Below, piece by piece: positions 1-11,491 of a stretch of DNA of 64,000 bases. A program made the translations under genes and the position numbers. This DNA comes from Octopus sinensis. Its lineage: Eukaryota. The notes beneath the pieces are model-generated. The model was not told the DNA's origin. It did no database searches and was given only the letters and a program-made list of their open reading frames with translations. Each line of letters starts with the position of its first letter. Positions within the stretch are counted from its first letter, which is position 1. Location: NCBI RefSeq assembly GCF_006345805.1, contig NC_042997.1, positions 63,054,001 to 63,118,000 on the forward strand, given 5' to 3'.

Positions 1-383
1 CTGTTTTGCTGTAGCAATTTTAATTTAGTTTCCTTCAAAGGTTATTGTGATGTTGCGTTATATGGTTTCGTGCATTATTCTAATATATTTTCACAAAATT
101 GTTTTCACGTACATAAACAATTTCCCCTACAAAACCAATTAAAATATCTTTCAATGATTTTATGATGAAACATACTAAAATTGTTTTTTCTTCCCCACAA
201 AACATCCTTGAAAACAGTGGGACTGCATAATATACGTGGGCAAAAACAGTAATTTCTATTATAGCACTTAAAGCCATACGCGAAGGGAATTTTATATATT
301 TTTAAGAAATATGATTTATGTGAATAAGTTACACACACTTGATTAACCATGCGAATATATACAGGAATACATATATATATTTG

Positions 384-500
<117 letters not shown>

Positions 501-510
501 GAAGCATTAT

Positions 511-1697
511 AATCATCAAACTCCCTGTTGCAGTTAGCCCTTGTGCCACTCCAGACACTTGTAGTCAGCTGTCGCCACTGGTGTCTGTTCTTTGTTCTCT
601 CTCATAGGTAACACTTTTGCGGTATTGTGATTCTTGTCTGTAATGCTATCAGACCAAGGTTTTGCTTTCTGTCTGCTGCTCTTTCGCCCTCTATCAACTG
701 TGCCCTAGAGGATGATTTTGGACAAGGGGTTGTACCGAGATACGTGACCTACCAGGCATGCTTTCGTTTTTATACCTGCGCATGAAGTGTTTCTTATCTG
801 TCAGTGTTGCTACTGAATTGCTGCATGACAAAGCTGTTCGTTTTGTGGTATGTATAAGGGATTACCTAGCTGCCTTCTGACGCACTTGTGCCCAGATGCC
901 AGGATTCTTCGTTCTTTATTACTTGCAAGAGTCCAGCTCTCACACTTATACTGAAGGGCTGAAGTTACCAGGGACTTGTACACTTTGAATTTTGTTGGGA
1001 ACAGAGGCCAGGCTGAGTCTTATTGTGATCGTCTTTTGCGATCTGCCGTCTTTGGCCAAAGTGGATACAAGGTACTCAAAGTTGTTCGCCTTCGTCAAAT
1101 CTCTCCATTCAGCTTGATGTAGGTTTCGGTGTTCTGATTGCGACTCTTACCCTGGACCTTATCTCTTTTCTCGGTTGATCATCAAGCAGCTTGCTTCAGA
1201 TACTTTTCCACTAGTGGTGGGCTCCTGGAGTTCTGCTTCACTGCTTTCTAACACGTTAATATGATCAGCAAAATACAGGTTGGAGACAAGCCGTCCTCCA
1301 ATGGAGACACAGGGGTAGAAAAACTTTGAAAAACATAGTAGACAGTAGACACCCTTGCTTGTCTGCCGTTCACCTTCCTAGTTCTAGCTTTATTGATGAG
1401 GGACTTGAACATTTGAAGTGCGAGTATGAAGTCAATTTCATTGTGAGTCCCGTCATTATGTGCATGACATATTGTTCTGCGCAAGGTCTTGTATGGAAGC
1501 AGTGTATTGCTTAGGGTCAGCTTGTGTGTCGCAATCTACGATCATTGGTTTCTCTGATCTCGATTCATTCCACTGTCCAGTTTAATTGGTCATGTGTATC
1601 TGATCCTACTTTGGGATTTCAGTCTCCTAGACTGGTAAGAGCATTTTTTAGGAGTTGCCCAGATGATTTTTTTCTCCAGATCCTCATAGAAATCCTA
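511..1697 (-). mobile_element. Decayed, internally deleted RTE-clade LINE (APE endonuclease piece joined to post-RT C-terminus)
   Basis: Minus-strand translation across frameshifts gives DFYEDLEK, GD*NPKVGSD, ETNDR, KLTLSNTLLPYKTLRRTICHAHNDGTHNEIDFIL (APE motifs), then NNFEYLVSTL and FKVYKSLVTSALQYKCESWTL (RTE C-terminal). The RT core is absent. Confidence 0.8.
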
Positions 1698-1989
1698 ATC
1701 TGCATCATCATCATCATATTCAAGCGCTAGCATATAGACTTGCATGATAGTAATATTCTTCCAGATCGGCCAAAGCCTTGAAAACCAACTACCGCGCTCT
1801 CCACTGCTTTCTCTCAAGAGATCAATGTGCAACTGAAATATGAAACATGAAATGAAAATCAAATATTTTTATGCATTTATAACAAAATACCAAAATCTGC
1901 GAATATTTACTGAAATGAAAACATTATAATTATATGATATATTAAAGGAAGTGTTTGCTTTACCTATTTTTAAACTATTTTTATGAATA

Positions 1990-3830
1990 ATTTTGAATAT
2001 CATTTTGAGCCAATACAGTTGGTGATGCTTTAATAACATCATCAAAATATGTATTTTCTTTATCGCTTGATCATTACTGAACTAGGCTGAAGTCAATAGT
2101 CTTAATTTGCCCTGTACATTTCTCAATCAATAATTTCAAATTATTGAGAGATTACCAACAACTAATTTTAAAATTGTAATTGTGAGCGTTATGTGAAAGA
2201 CAGCTACCGCTAAGTTTGAAAGAGAAAACGCAAGTTTCATCTCCATACTGCACAATAATCTTAAGTATCGTCTTAGCTTTTGAAGTTGTAATATTTGGGC
2301 GACATTTCAAAAGCATTTTATAATCTAAAATTTCGTCATAAAGCTCAAATCTGTATATATTACTGCTATAAAACTACTTAAGTTTAAAATGACTTTTTAA
2401 GCATATTTACATTATTAAAACTGTAGCTTTATTTAATTCGTGTCAAGCTGTAATTTTGTATGTAAAAATTATTAAAATTTTTTGTAAAGGATACGGTCAG
2501 TAGCTTTTTAATTTCATTTCCTTCTTCACTGTTAACTTTAAATTCTTGGTTTTCACCAGGTATTTGTTTTTGGGTCGTTCTTCTAATTGAATATCATATC
2601 CCATTCATCATGTAATTACAACACAATTTCGAATGATCCTCGATAAAGGATTTTCAAGTATATATAAAAATATCCTTGAAAAAACTTTTATACGCCAGAA
2701 GTATTATGTAAGTTCAGGGTATGTTCATAGGGTCTTGTTAGAACATGTTCAATTTGAATAAGAATCATATCACAGAACCCTGACAGAACAAAGGAATTAA
2801 AAGTTCACACAATTCATAACGCCCAAACCTGGAGTTACCTCTTAGTTTAATTTTGGTCATCAGAGTGTTTTACAAAACTTGTACTTTGATATCAATCTAT
2901 TCATGAACAAGTTTCATAATGTCTGGCTTGGAACACCATCGATTTTCAGATTCATACGGCTATTAGCATAGTATATTTCGGCTTTTGATAACGGATGGTT
3001 AGCACTAATACATCTTGGTTAGTAGCACGCACTTCAATCACTCTGAGAGAATGATTACCATAGTTTACAGAAAATCGCTTTGCAATGTTTTTCATTAATC
3101 CTGTGTTGAACACCATTTATATAATCAGCCATAACTGCATCGTTATCATGACGTTTCGTCTTTTACGAGTTATTCCAAAATTACTAAGCCCGTGTTTTTT
3201 CTGATGCCTTCGTTTTAATTGGATAACGCTAAGAAAAGTCTCAATATCAATATATTGAACTATTTCTGCCATTTGCTCCTGATGTCATTGATCTGAAGCA
3301 GAATAAAAAATGAGGCCAAAATGTGTGCCCTTATGAATGCTATGTAGCAATTTCTGGCGAACAGTAAAGCTGTCTGTTGAATATATTCATTCAGCAATAT
3401 TATTCCAAGACCCTTTTCCACATAGCGAAATACAATTTCATGAAAGGATTAAAGCTGTTAGCAAGTTTAGTAATATGTCTAAAATATTTCCAAAATTGCT
3501 TTTCACTTCGTGTAGGATTTCTTTTCACCATGCAATAGAATGTTTTGAGTAGCTAAAATATTTACGACATAAAAAATTCTGTGGAAAATATCTGACACTG
3601 TGTTGACATACAGAGAAAATTCTTAAATCCATTATACAAACGGTATTTTACTATTTTGTAAGTAGTTTGAATTCAAAGAAACCACTTATATCTGGAGGGC
3701 ATCCGCCCGACAAAAATAATCATTTTATTTTATGACACTGTAAGAAACCTACATCGTAATACTGAATCGCACCTGGTATAAGTTACCTGTATTTTCTTGC
3801 CTTTTGATATTAAGTTTTATTATGCTTTAT
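1990..3830 (-). mobile_element. Heavily decayed hAT transposase relic (ZMYM1-like type)
   Basis: Minus-strand peptides in correct order: HQEQMAEIVQYID (~3250-3290), HDNDAVMADYINGVQHRINEKHCKAIF and NHSL (~3050-3150), ESENRW (~2940), SNLAVAV...LRNVQG (dimerisation region, ~2120-2230). Many stops. Confidence 0.7.
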
Positions 3831-4429
3831 TTCCTCAAAAAGTCTGATTCTCAAACAGCAATTAGTCCTGCAACTGACACACTGGCGATGTCAGCCAAGA
3901 TAAATTTCTGTAGCATTAAATACTTATGAATGATTAGACAGTCAGAACTATAACATAAAACTACTTAAAACTTTTCAGCTTTCGCTTTTTTGCAGTTTTC
4001 ATTTCCTCATGTTTTTTTCTTTTACTGTCTAGTGGCTGTTTGAGCTTGGCAAAATTGCATTATTTCAAAATCTGACAAATTGAGCCATTGGTGGTTAGAA
4101 TGATGCGAACCTTTGTTTTGAAGGAAATAACAATGTAAAGTAGCCCTAAAGTTTGAATTGAGGTTTTTACGCGAATATACTAGGTATCGTTTACTTTCAA
4201 ATGAAGATCTGTAAAAGCATTTACAATAATTTTATTGATAATGTCATAAATCCTTTAACTTTGAGTTATTTTATAGATAGTTCAATAATTTAGAAACAAA
4301 AATTATGTAATATAATATAAATCAAATATATATAATGCTATATTCATGAATCATAAAGATCACACGCTGAATTTATGAAAGACTTCAAATAGCAATAGTT
4401 TTAAGAAGACAAAGATTAAAAGAATTAAA

Positions 4430-4760
4430 TGATAGTGAAATGGGTTGGAAGAGAAATTTCAAATATCAAGTTAGAGGGAAATCAATACTATTTTATGATA
4501 AAGTAGAAAATCTTACATCTCACTGAAGAATTCGCAGCTGCTGCAAGCATTTTGGTTCATATTCCACAATTAAAAGATGTTGTGATGCAGTTTCTCTACT
4601 GGCGGTATACCATTAAATTTTGCACTGACGAAGAACTTGTAGATCTCTTGAGAATGAACATTCTCAATAACAAGACTTAGATCATGGAGAGAATGCAGCC
4701 AATAAGTGATGCCATGTACTGTTATCACAAAAGAACGTCTTTGAAGCAAGCGTCTGAATT
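4430..4760 (+). mobile_element. Possible piggyBac (PGBD-like) transposase N-terminal relic
   Basis: Fragments KFCTDEELVDLLRMNIL and RMQPISDAM resemble the PGBD N-terminal half; short and broken. Confidence 0.3.
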
Positions 4761-4949
4761 ACAGCTCATTAGCTGATGATATTTACACAAGACTCTTCTG
4801 AAAACGGAGATACATATGTTTGTGCAACTATAAAAGTATTGAATAAATCTATACATATAAATTTGATGTGGGCGATTCTTTCTTGTATATTTTCTTGTCT
4901 TGGGATTCATGGTCAAACGACTGGGTGGAACTGCGCGAAAAATTACACA

Positions 4950-5032
4950 GGTGTGTAGAATGTGTGTACGTGTGTTTGTGTCTGTGTGTGTGTTTGTGTG
5001 TGTGTGTGTGTTTGTGTATGTGTGTGTGTGTT

Positions 5033-5065
<33 letters not shown>

Positions 5066-5097
5066 ACGTGTGTGTGCGTGGGTGTGCGTGTGCGCAC
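4950..5097. repeat. (TG)n microsatellite
   Basis: Direct reading. Confidence 0.95.
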
Positions 5098-5820
5098 GCA
5101 ATGAAAGTGGGATGGTTAACATTCAACGCTGAAAAGAAAAATCAAACAACGTTTTAACTCTGTGTATTTCGTATTTACTCACCGGCTTTTGTATTTAGTC
5201 ACGGTCAGCTTTATGTGGCCTTAAGTCGGACAAGAAGGAAGGAAAACTTTAAAATTCTTTTGAAGGAAACAAGCAGTCAAAGGATGTTAGTTGCTGATAG
5301 ATTTTTCACAAGTTTGGTAGTAAAAGATTTATTAAACTAAAAACTTGGTTTTGTAACTTATCTACTTTAATAATACTCTTGTGTTTTTCTCCGTCACAAC
5401 ATATGAATGAGAAACGAAGGAGTGACAGATTAATAAAGAAGGAAGGAGTGATGGCAAACTTCGTAGTAGGATGGTGGAAACTGTACGGCGAAAAAGATAA
5501 ATCAAACAGCGTTTCAAATCTGTGTGAGTTTATGTGTGAATGTAAAAGGGAGGTATGTGTGTGTTTGTGCGTCTTTGTATATGCAATGGAAGTGGGATGG
5601 TGAACATTCAGCACTGAAAAGGAAAATCAAACGGCGTTTCAACTGTGTGTATTTGGTATTTACTTGCCAGCTCCCGTATTTAGTCGGATAAGAATGAAGG
5701 AAAACTTGAAAATTCTTTTGAAGGATCAAAGCAGTCAAATGATGTAAGTTGCAGATAGATTTTTCACAAAAAATTTAGTAATAAAAGAATTATTAAAACA
5801 AAATCTTGATTTTTACCTTA
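5098..5820. repeat. Diverged local direct duplication (~250-bp unit at 5098 and 5583; partial third copy ~5468-5530)
   Basis: gcaatgaaagtgggatggttaacattcaacgctgaaaagaaaaatcaaac vs gcaatggaagtgggatggtgaacattcagcactgaaaaggaaaatcaaac, with collinear similarity for ~240 bp. Confidence 0.8.
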
Positions 5821-6394
5821 TTTATATATAAAATACTACAATTAGCCGTCATTTTTGATTAATAAATATTGCCTGTGACTAATAAATATTTCCATGTCAA
5901 TTGACATCGAGTAACGTTTGTGTGTTTATCATAAAATTAAAAAGTAAACCCACAATTTTAAAGCTATTTAGAGCATTTAATCTTTGTTTTCATGATATTT
6001 TGGTTCTTTTGATGATGTTAAGCTGCGGCATGTATAATTTATTGTATATAGTATTATGGTATATTTTCATAACTTTGATTTGGTAAAGTTTGTTGCAAAA
6101 CACTCAATTACTTATTAAATAATCTGATTTCATACGATTTTTATCATGTAATCAAATTGATGAGCACTTGTAGCTATACAAGACATACAAGACTGGTAGG
6201 AAATCTGCAGATGTTGTTCGAATTCTCGCATCAGATTATACACCCATAAAAGCAACCAAAGACCATGTGGTAGTACTGAATCTGGTGACGGGCTACATCT
6301 CGCTAAAAATTAAATCAGAGTAGCATCTAAACACAGAACAAATACCACTCATCTAACACTTCACCGATTCTACCAGTCAAGCGCCTAGGACAGG

Positions 6395-6525
6395 TGTTTC
6401 ATATATTGACAATAGAAGAGTAAAAAGCAATGTTGATTTAGGAGGAATCGAACTCAGAACGCATCAAACGATACTAAACATTGCAAAGCATTTCATCTGA
6501 TGTTCCTACAGCTCTGACAAACACA
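6395..6525 (-). mobile_element. Old Meta-domain tRNA-SINE fragment
   Basis: Diverged match to the gaactcagaacg...ctaagcattt head seen in many other copies here. Confidence 0.5.
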
Positions 6526-6528
6526 GTG

Positions 6529-6745
6529 CAGTAATCCCTCGGCTATCACGAGTATTACATTCCAAAATCGCTCGCGATAGGTGAAACTCCGCGAAGTAGA
6601 AACAGTACTGTATATTTTATTATTATTTTCATAATTCATATATATTTATTTCATTATAAATGCAAAACATTGCCACGGAGGAATCGACGTAAGCCTAAAT
6701 AATAAACCACGATAGGGAAACCGCAATAAGTTGTACTTCATAGCA
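6529..6745 (+). mobile_element. Tigger/pogo-type MITE relic
   Basis: Begins CAGTAATCCCTCGGCTATCACGAG...CGCGATAGGTGAAACTCCGCGAAG, a typical Tigger-like terminus; right end eroded. Confidence 0.5.
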
Positions 6746-7181
6746 ATAAAATAGTTTTAGATACAATTATAGATCTTCAACAGAAAGTAAACACCAAATA
6801 CATTGAAGTCAAACCCTAAGCTCAGAAGCTAGAGCTTTTTAAATATTACCACAGTCCTCTAAAACGAGGGTTCATATCCTTGAAGAAGCCCAAGTTACCC
6901 ATATTAGGTTGTTCAGTGTCCACTGGATTTGAAGTAGTAATTTATATGTTTAACTTTCATGTGATATTGCAACTTAAATAAAATCAACGGGGGGAAATGC
7001 GGAGCAGTAACCACCCAGCCTTATTTTCAGTATCAATAACGTGGGCTTTACAATCAAATTTTCTGAAGAAACAACTCCCACACTCAAACACACATGCATG
7101 TACATAAATGTACACATATTCGTAGACATACATAATACATACATACATTCACACATTCATGCGTATAACAATTATGTATGC

Positions 7182-7217
<36 letters not shown>

Positions 7218-7276
7218 ATACACACAAACATACATACACACATGTATACATCCATAGAGAAACCTGATGTATTCTT

Positions 7277-7508
7277 TTATTCCGTGGCCGTGCTGGAGCA
7301 TAAACTTAATGGGCTTTTAGTCGAAGAAATTGACACCAGAACTTATTCTTTGTAAGCCTAGTACTGACCCTATCGTTATCTTTTGCTGAACCGCTAACTT
7401 ACGAGGACATAAACATACCAACATCGGTTGTCATGCGATGGTGGGGGAGAGAGATACATACAAATGCATGCGCACACGCACACGCACACACACGTACATA
7501 CATATATA
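7277..7508 (-). mobile_element. tRNA-derived SINE (octopus OK/OR-type, CORE-like body), 3' half, interrupted by a maT element
   Basis: Matches the 3' half of the full copy at 20889-21298; body resumes at 8318-8370 (gacgggcttctttca). Confidence 0.8.
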
Positions 7509-8317
7509 CATGTTGCGATGGGCAAATTATCGCCATTTTATATTTTTAATTTTGCGCGTGCGCAATTTTTGTTTTTGATTTTATTTACTACATGGTATAG
7601 TAGGGTCAGTTCGGCACCGTCTGTGAGAAAAACAGTACCATGACACAATTCACCCCGTTAAAAGTTTGGCAATCACATGCTGTACGAACATTTCAGAGTA
7701 TTTGGGCGTCTGAGGACAGTGAAACCTGAGGACATGTAGGACATAGGACACCCAGTCAACATCATGGTGTTTGGAATGATCACTTGTGATGGCGACGTTA
7801 TGCTTCCACTCAGCCTCCCACACGGCCTCAAACTCAACACATAAGCCCACGTCAAATACCTGGAGGAGGTAATGCTGTCCTGGCTCAAGAGGGTGGCTGT
7901 TGGAAGGCCCTATGTCTGGCAACAGGACTCTGCACCATGCCACACAAGCAGGAGAACCCAGTCATAGCTGTCAGACAATTTTTACGACCACATCTTCTCT
8001 AAAATCTGGCCACCTAACTCCCCAGACTGCAACTCCCTTGATAATTATGTGTGGGGCGCAGTTGAACCAGAGGCCAACAAAACTCCTAACATCCAAGATG
8101 AACTGAAAGCAAGGATTGTGGTAATATTCACCAGCTTAAAGAGGGAGACCGTCCAGGAGATTCCGAAGTCACTTGGAGGCCATGGTTGAAAGCAATGGCG
8201 ATTTTAATATTTCAAGATATGTTTATGTAATTTTGGTATATATATCTGTTAAAATTAGACGTCAGTGTTATTTACAGTTTTGCGTAATTTAGACGACGGT
8301 TTATTCACCATAACCTG
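7509..8317 (+). mobile_element. Internally deleted maT (DD37D) Tc1/mariner transposon
   Basis: Translation HPVNIMVFG...WQQDSAPCH...WPPNSPDCNSLD with 37 residues between 2nd and 3rd catalytic D. Degenerate 26-bp TIRs (CATGTTGCGATGGGCAAATTATCGCC vs rc CAGGTTATGGTGAATAAACCGTCGTC); TA on the left flank. Confidence 0.88.
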
Positions 8318-8370
8318 AACGCGAGCGCGCGCGCACACACACGCACACACACAAGACGGGCTTCTTTCAT
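8318..8370 (-). mobile_element. Remainder of the SINE split by the maT insertion
   Basis: (CA)n followed by gacgggcttctttca, the segment that follows the internal (CA)n in intact copies. Confidence 0.6.
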
Positions 8371-8599
8371 ACCTGCCCATACATGTATGTATGTATATGT
8401 GTCTATATACGTTTCACTATATGTGTATTTTTGAATTATATTTTTATCCTTAAATAAAGAGGCATCCAAACACATCTCTGTCATTTATGAATATATACAC
8501 TCCTTATCCTTTTCTCTTGTATATTACTATATATTCCATATGGTTTCCACAATGACACATTAAGGAGGTTTTTATGAATACTATGGGATTACTTAAATC

Positions 8600-8620
8600 C
8601 ACACACATATATATGCATAC

Positions 8621-8654
<34 letters not shown>

Positions 8655-8930
8655 AAATACATATATATATATACATATATATACACAAACACATATATAT
8701 ATATATATGTCTATATACATACATATACATACATGCATACATAAATATATTTACATACATATATAAAGCATAAATATATATATATACATATATACATAAA
8801 TAAATAAATACATACAAACATAAATAAACATATATATATACATATATACATAAATATATATACATACATAAATATATATACATACATACATAATCACATA
8901 CACACAAACGCACATACACACATATACATA
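8600..8930. repeat. Compound (TA)/(CATA) microsatellite
   Basis: Direct reading. Confidence 0.95.
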
Positions 8931-8933
8931 TTC

Positions 8934-9025
8934 GTGGCACTCCGTCGGTTACGACGATGAGGGTTCCAGTTGATCCGATCGGGAAATTTACGTGCATGTG
9001 GCCGAGCACACCCTCAGCCATATTT
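8934..9025 (+). mobile_element. Short SINE body fragment (gcactccgtcggttacgacgatgagggttccagttgatccgatc)
   Basis: Recognised as a common octopus dispersed-repeat segment from memory; single copy in this window. Confidence 0.4.
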
Positions 9026-9137
9026 AATGTCAATTACAGTTTTCCTTTTTGGTACTACATTACTAAACCGATGCCTACTTTAATTTTATATATATATGTA
9101 TATATATGTATATGCACACACACACACACACACACAC

Positions 9138-9192
<55 letters not shown>

Positions 9193-9239
9193 TATATATA
9201 TTGATCAAAATAAAATAAAAACATGATGCGAAGGATTCA

Positions 9240-9316
9240 GCGGTACATATGTTCGGGCCTTTATTAGACAGATTTATAACAATGTATAATGTATGTCTGT
9301 GGCCTTCTTCAGCCGC
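9240..9316 (-). ncRNA. Mirror-image hammerhead motif, damaged (GAAA reduced to GAA)
   Basis: Minus strand GCGG-CTGAAGA-AGGCC...GGCCC-GAA-CATATG-TA-CCGC; one A of the G12-A13-A14-A15.1 box is missing. Confidence 0.65.
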
Positions 9317-9444
9317 GCACAACAGCTTCCACAAGGACATGTGTTACATCAAAAGTTCTTGGTTGGGGATACGTGAATGAGAGGATTTGCATCCCCAACC
9401 AAGAACTTTTGATGTAACACATGTCCTTGTGGAAGCTGTTGTGC

Positions 9445-9522
9445 GCGGCTGAAGAAGGCCACAGACATACATTATGCATTGTTATAAATCTGTCTAATAA
9501 AGGCCCGAAATATATGTACCGC
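9445..9522 (+). ncRNA. Type I hammerhead ribozyme motif (PLE/retrozyme type)
   Basis: Stem I GCGG(9445-48)/CCGC(9519-22); core CUGAAGA(9449-55); stem II GGCC/GGCC plus ACAGA/TCTGT helix; GAAA(9507-10); near-palindromic stem III A-TATATG-T; GUA triplet, predicted cut after 9518. The 10.1/11.1 closure needs a bulge or an A-C mismatch. Confidence 0.72.
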
Positions 9523-9634
9523 TGAATCCTTCGCATCATGTTTTTATTTTATTTTGATCAATTTACTCCACCACCTACACCACCAAACGGTATACACAGG
9601 TGCTTATAATTATCAAGTACTCACCCCGAATTTC

Positions 9635-9663
9635 TATATATATATATATATAATATATATATA

Positions 9664-9724
<61 letters not shown>

Positions 9725-9771
9725 ATATATATATGTATATACACACACACACACATACACACACACACACA

Positions 9772-9833
<62 letters not shown>
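9635..9833. repeat. (TA)n/(CA)n microsatellite
   Basis: Direct reading. Confidence 0.95.
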
Positions 9834-9836
<3 letters not shown>

Positions 9837-10584
9837 AGGAACTCAAGCAGTGCTCAGAATGGGAGCAGTTGTAGAAGGAGCCTTTTATTGATTACTGAGC
9901 AAGAATGAGGAAAATTAATCTAAAGGTCGGATATAGCTAATGAGCAGGCATTTGGCCACCATTTCCGAATTACCGGCAAGGTGTTACGAGTCAGAGTTTA
10001 TGACTCGTATGCCATTCACAAGATGAGTAAATCGAATGAAAATACTGCAACCGGACCTCCTGTTTGTGATGATGACGTGACTCATTCGGAATTAACCTCG
10101 ATTATATACAGCAACAGAATTTGAAAATTAATAGAACATACACAATAGGACCGAATGATTCATTATTTGCGCCTGAGTGATCATTACAATATAACTTTCT
10201 GAGGTATACAATCACAATACATATAATCACAACAACGTAATGCAGCGCTATGTCTTTGTTTATGAAAGAGAAAATATCTCCCTTTAGACACGTTGTCTCT
10301 AAAGAGTGAATGATGAACTAACTTGACTTTTACATAACTTACTATAAAAGTGTAAAGCAGAGAAATGGGAAGAGAGAGATAGAGATAGAGAGAGTGAGAG
10401 AGAGAGAGAGAGAGAAAGAGAGAGGGGGCTATCTACAAGCAGTTTTCGGCCAGATTTCCGAAAATATCGTTTTTAGAACAATAAATATTTCTCATCTTTT
10501 GATAATGACGTATTTCTAAAATATACGAAAGAATCAGGAATTCACAAAATAGCGAATACAGCACCCTCTCAATAATATGGATAT

Positions 10585-11265
10585 TTCCTTGCCGCTCTGC
10601 GTCGTAGCCAATCGATGTTCATTCTTCATAGCTCACGTCTCACATGCATATGAGGGCGCAGGTTGGACAGTGCTATTGAAGAGTTTGGCACGTATGATCA
10701 TAAATATGATCACCTCCTTTCTGGAGGCAAATACTTTCCACCCTGCCTGTATTCTCTTCGAGATTTCAACACCCATGTCTAGTCGCATACACGCTGTGTG
10801 TTCTAAGTTGACGCACTCCTTTACCTTCTTGATTTCATCGATTTCCACCTCTATTCGTCCTCATGTCATATTTTCGGATCGACTGAATTTTGTTTTTTGG
10901 CGGTTCATTTTAAGACTAAATCTGCACTATGGATGTTTAGTTCCACCAGCTGTTCAGTGGCTTCGGCAATGAGTATGATATTCTCTGCGAATCGCCGGAG
11001 TATTAGCAGCTTGCCGTTGATGCTCCTGATATCTGTCCAGTCAATGTCTTTGATAACCCTTTCTATACATGCAGTGACGTTAGCAAAGATATATCAGTGG
11101 TGCAGTCAGAGAAAGCATCCATAAGACAGTTGATGTATTGCACCTCTATACCTTGTTTTTCTAGGATTTCAGTTCTGCGTTAATCTCGACGCTGTCGAAG
11201 GCCTTTTTTTGTCGACGAAAGTGATGTACAGAGGCTGCTTGAATTTTTTTACTTGTTTTATAAGC
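10585..11265 (-). mobile_element. Decayed RTE-clade LINE, RT region
   Basis: KKAFDSVE, FAENIILIAE (decayed FADD), MNRQKTKF, EISKRIQAGWKVF, LFNSTVQPAPSYACET. Confidence 0.85.
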
Positions 11266-11448
11266 TGAGTTAGAGAGCATATCCGATACATTATACTGAA
11301 ATTCTTAGAGGGACCTGCTTGAAAAAGTATGACATAAAAATATGTTACGTATTATCCAAATACTTGACTTCTAAAACATGCATATATGTATGTTTGTATG
11401 TGTGTGTGCGTGTGTGTGTGTGTGTGTTTGTGTGCGTGTGTGTATGTG

Positions 11449-11489
<41 letters not shown>

Positions 11490-11491
11490 CT

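Larger units (their letters stand above)
9200..9562. repeat. Near-perfect fold-back: ~171-bp arms (9200-9370 / 9391-9562), 20-nt loop
   Basis: Base-by-base comparison shows 2 substitutions and 1 single-base indel. Both ends carry the palindrome TTGATCAA; the element lies between TA/CA microsatellites. Confidence 0.97.

Noticed and set aside
6585-6620. GAAA-CAGTACTG-TA palindrome resembling hammerhead stem III
   Set aside because: No CUGANGA core or stem I; lies within a Tigger-like MITE.
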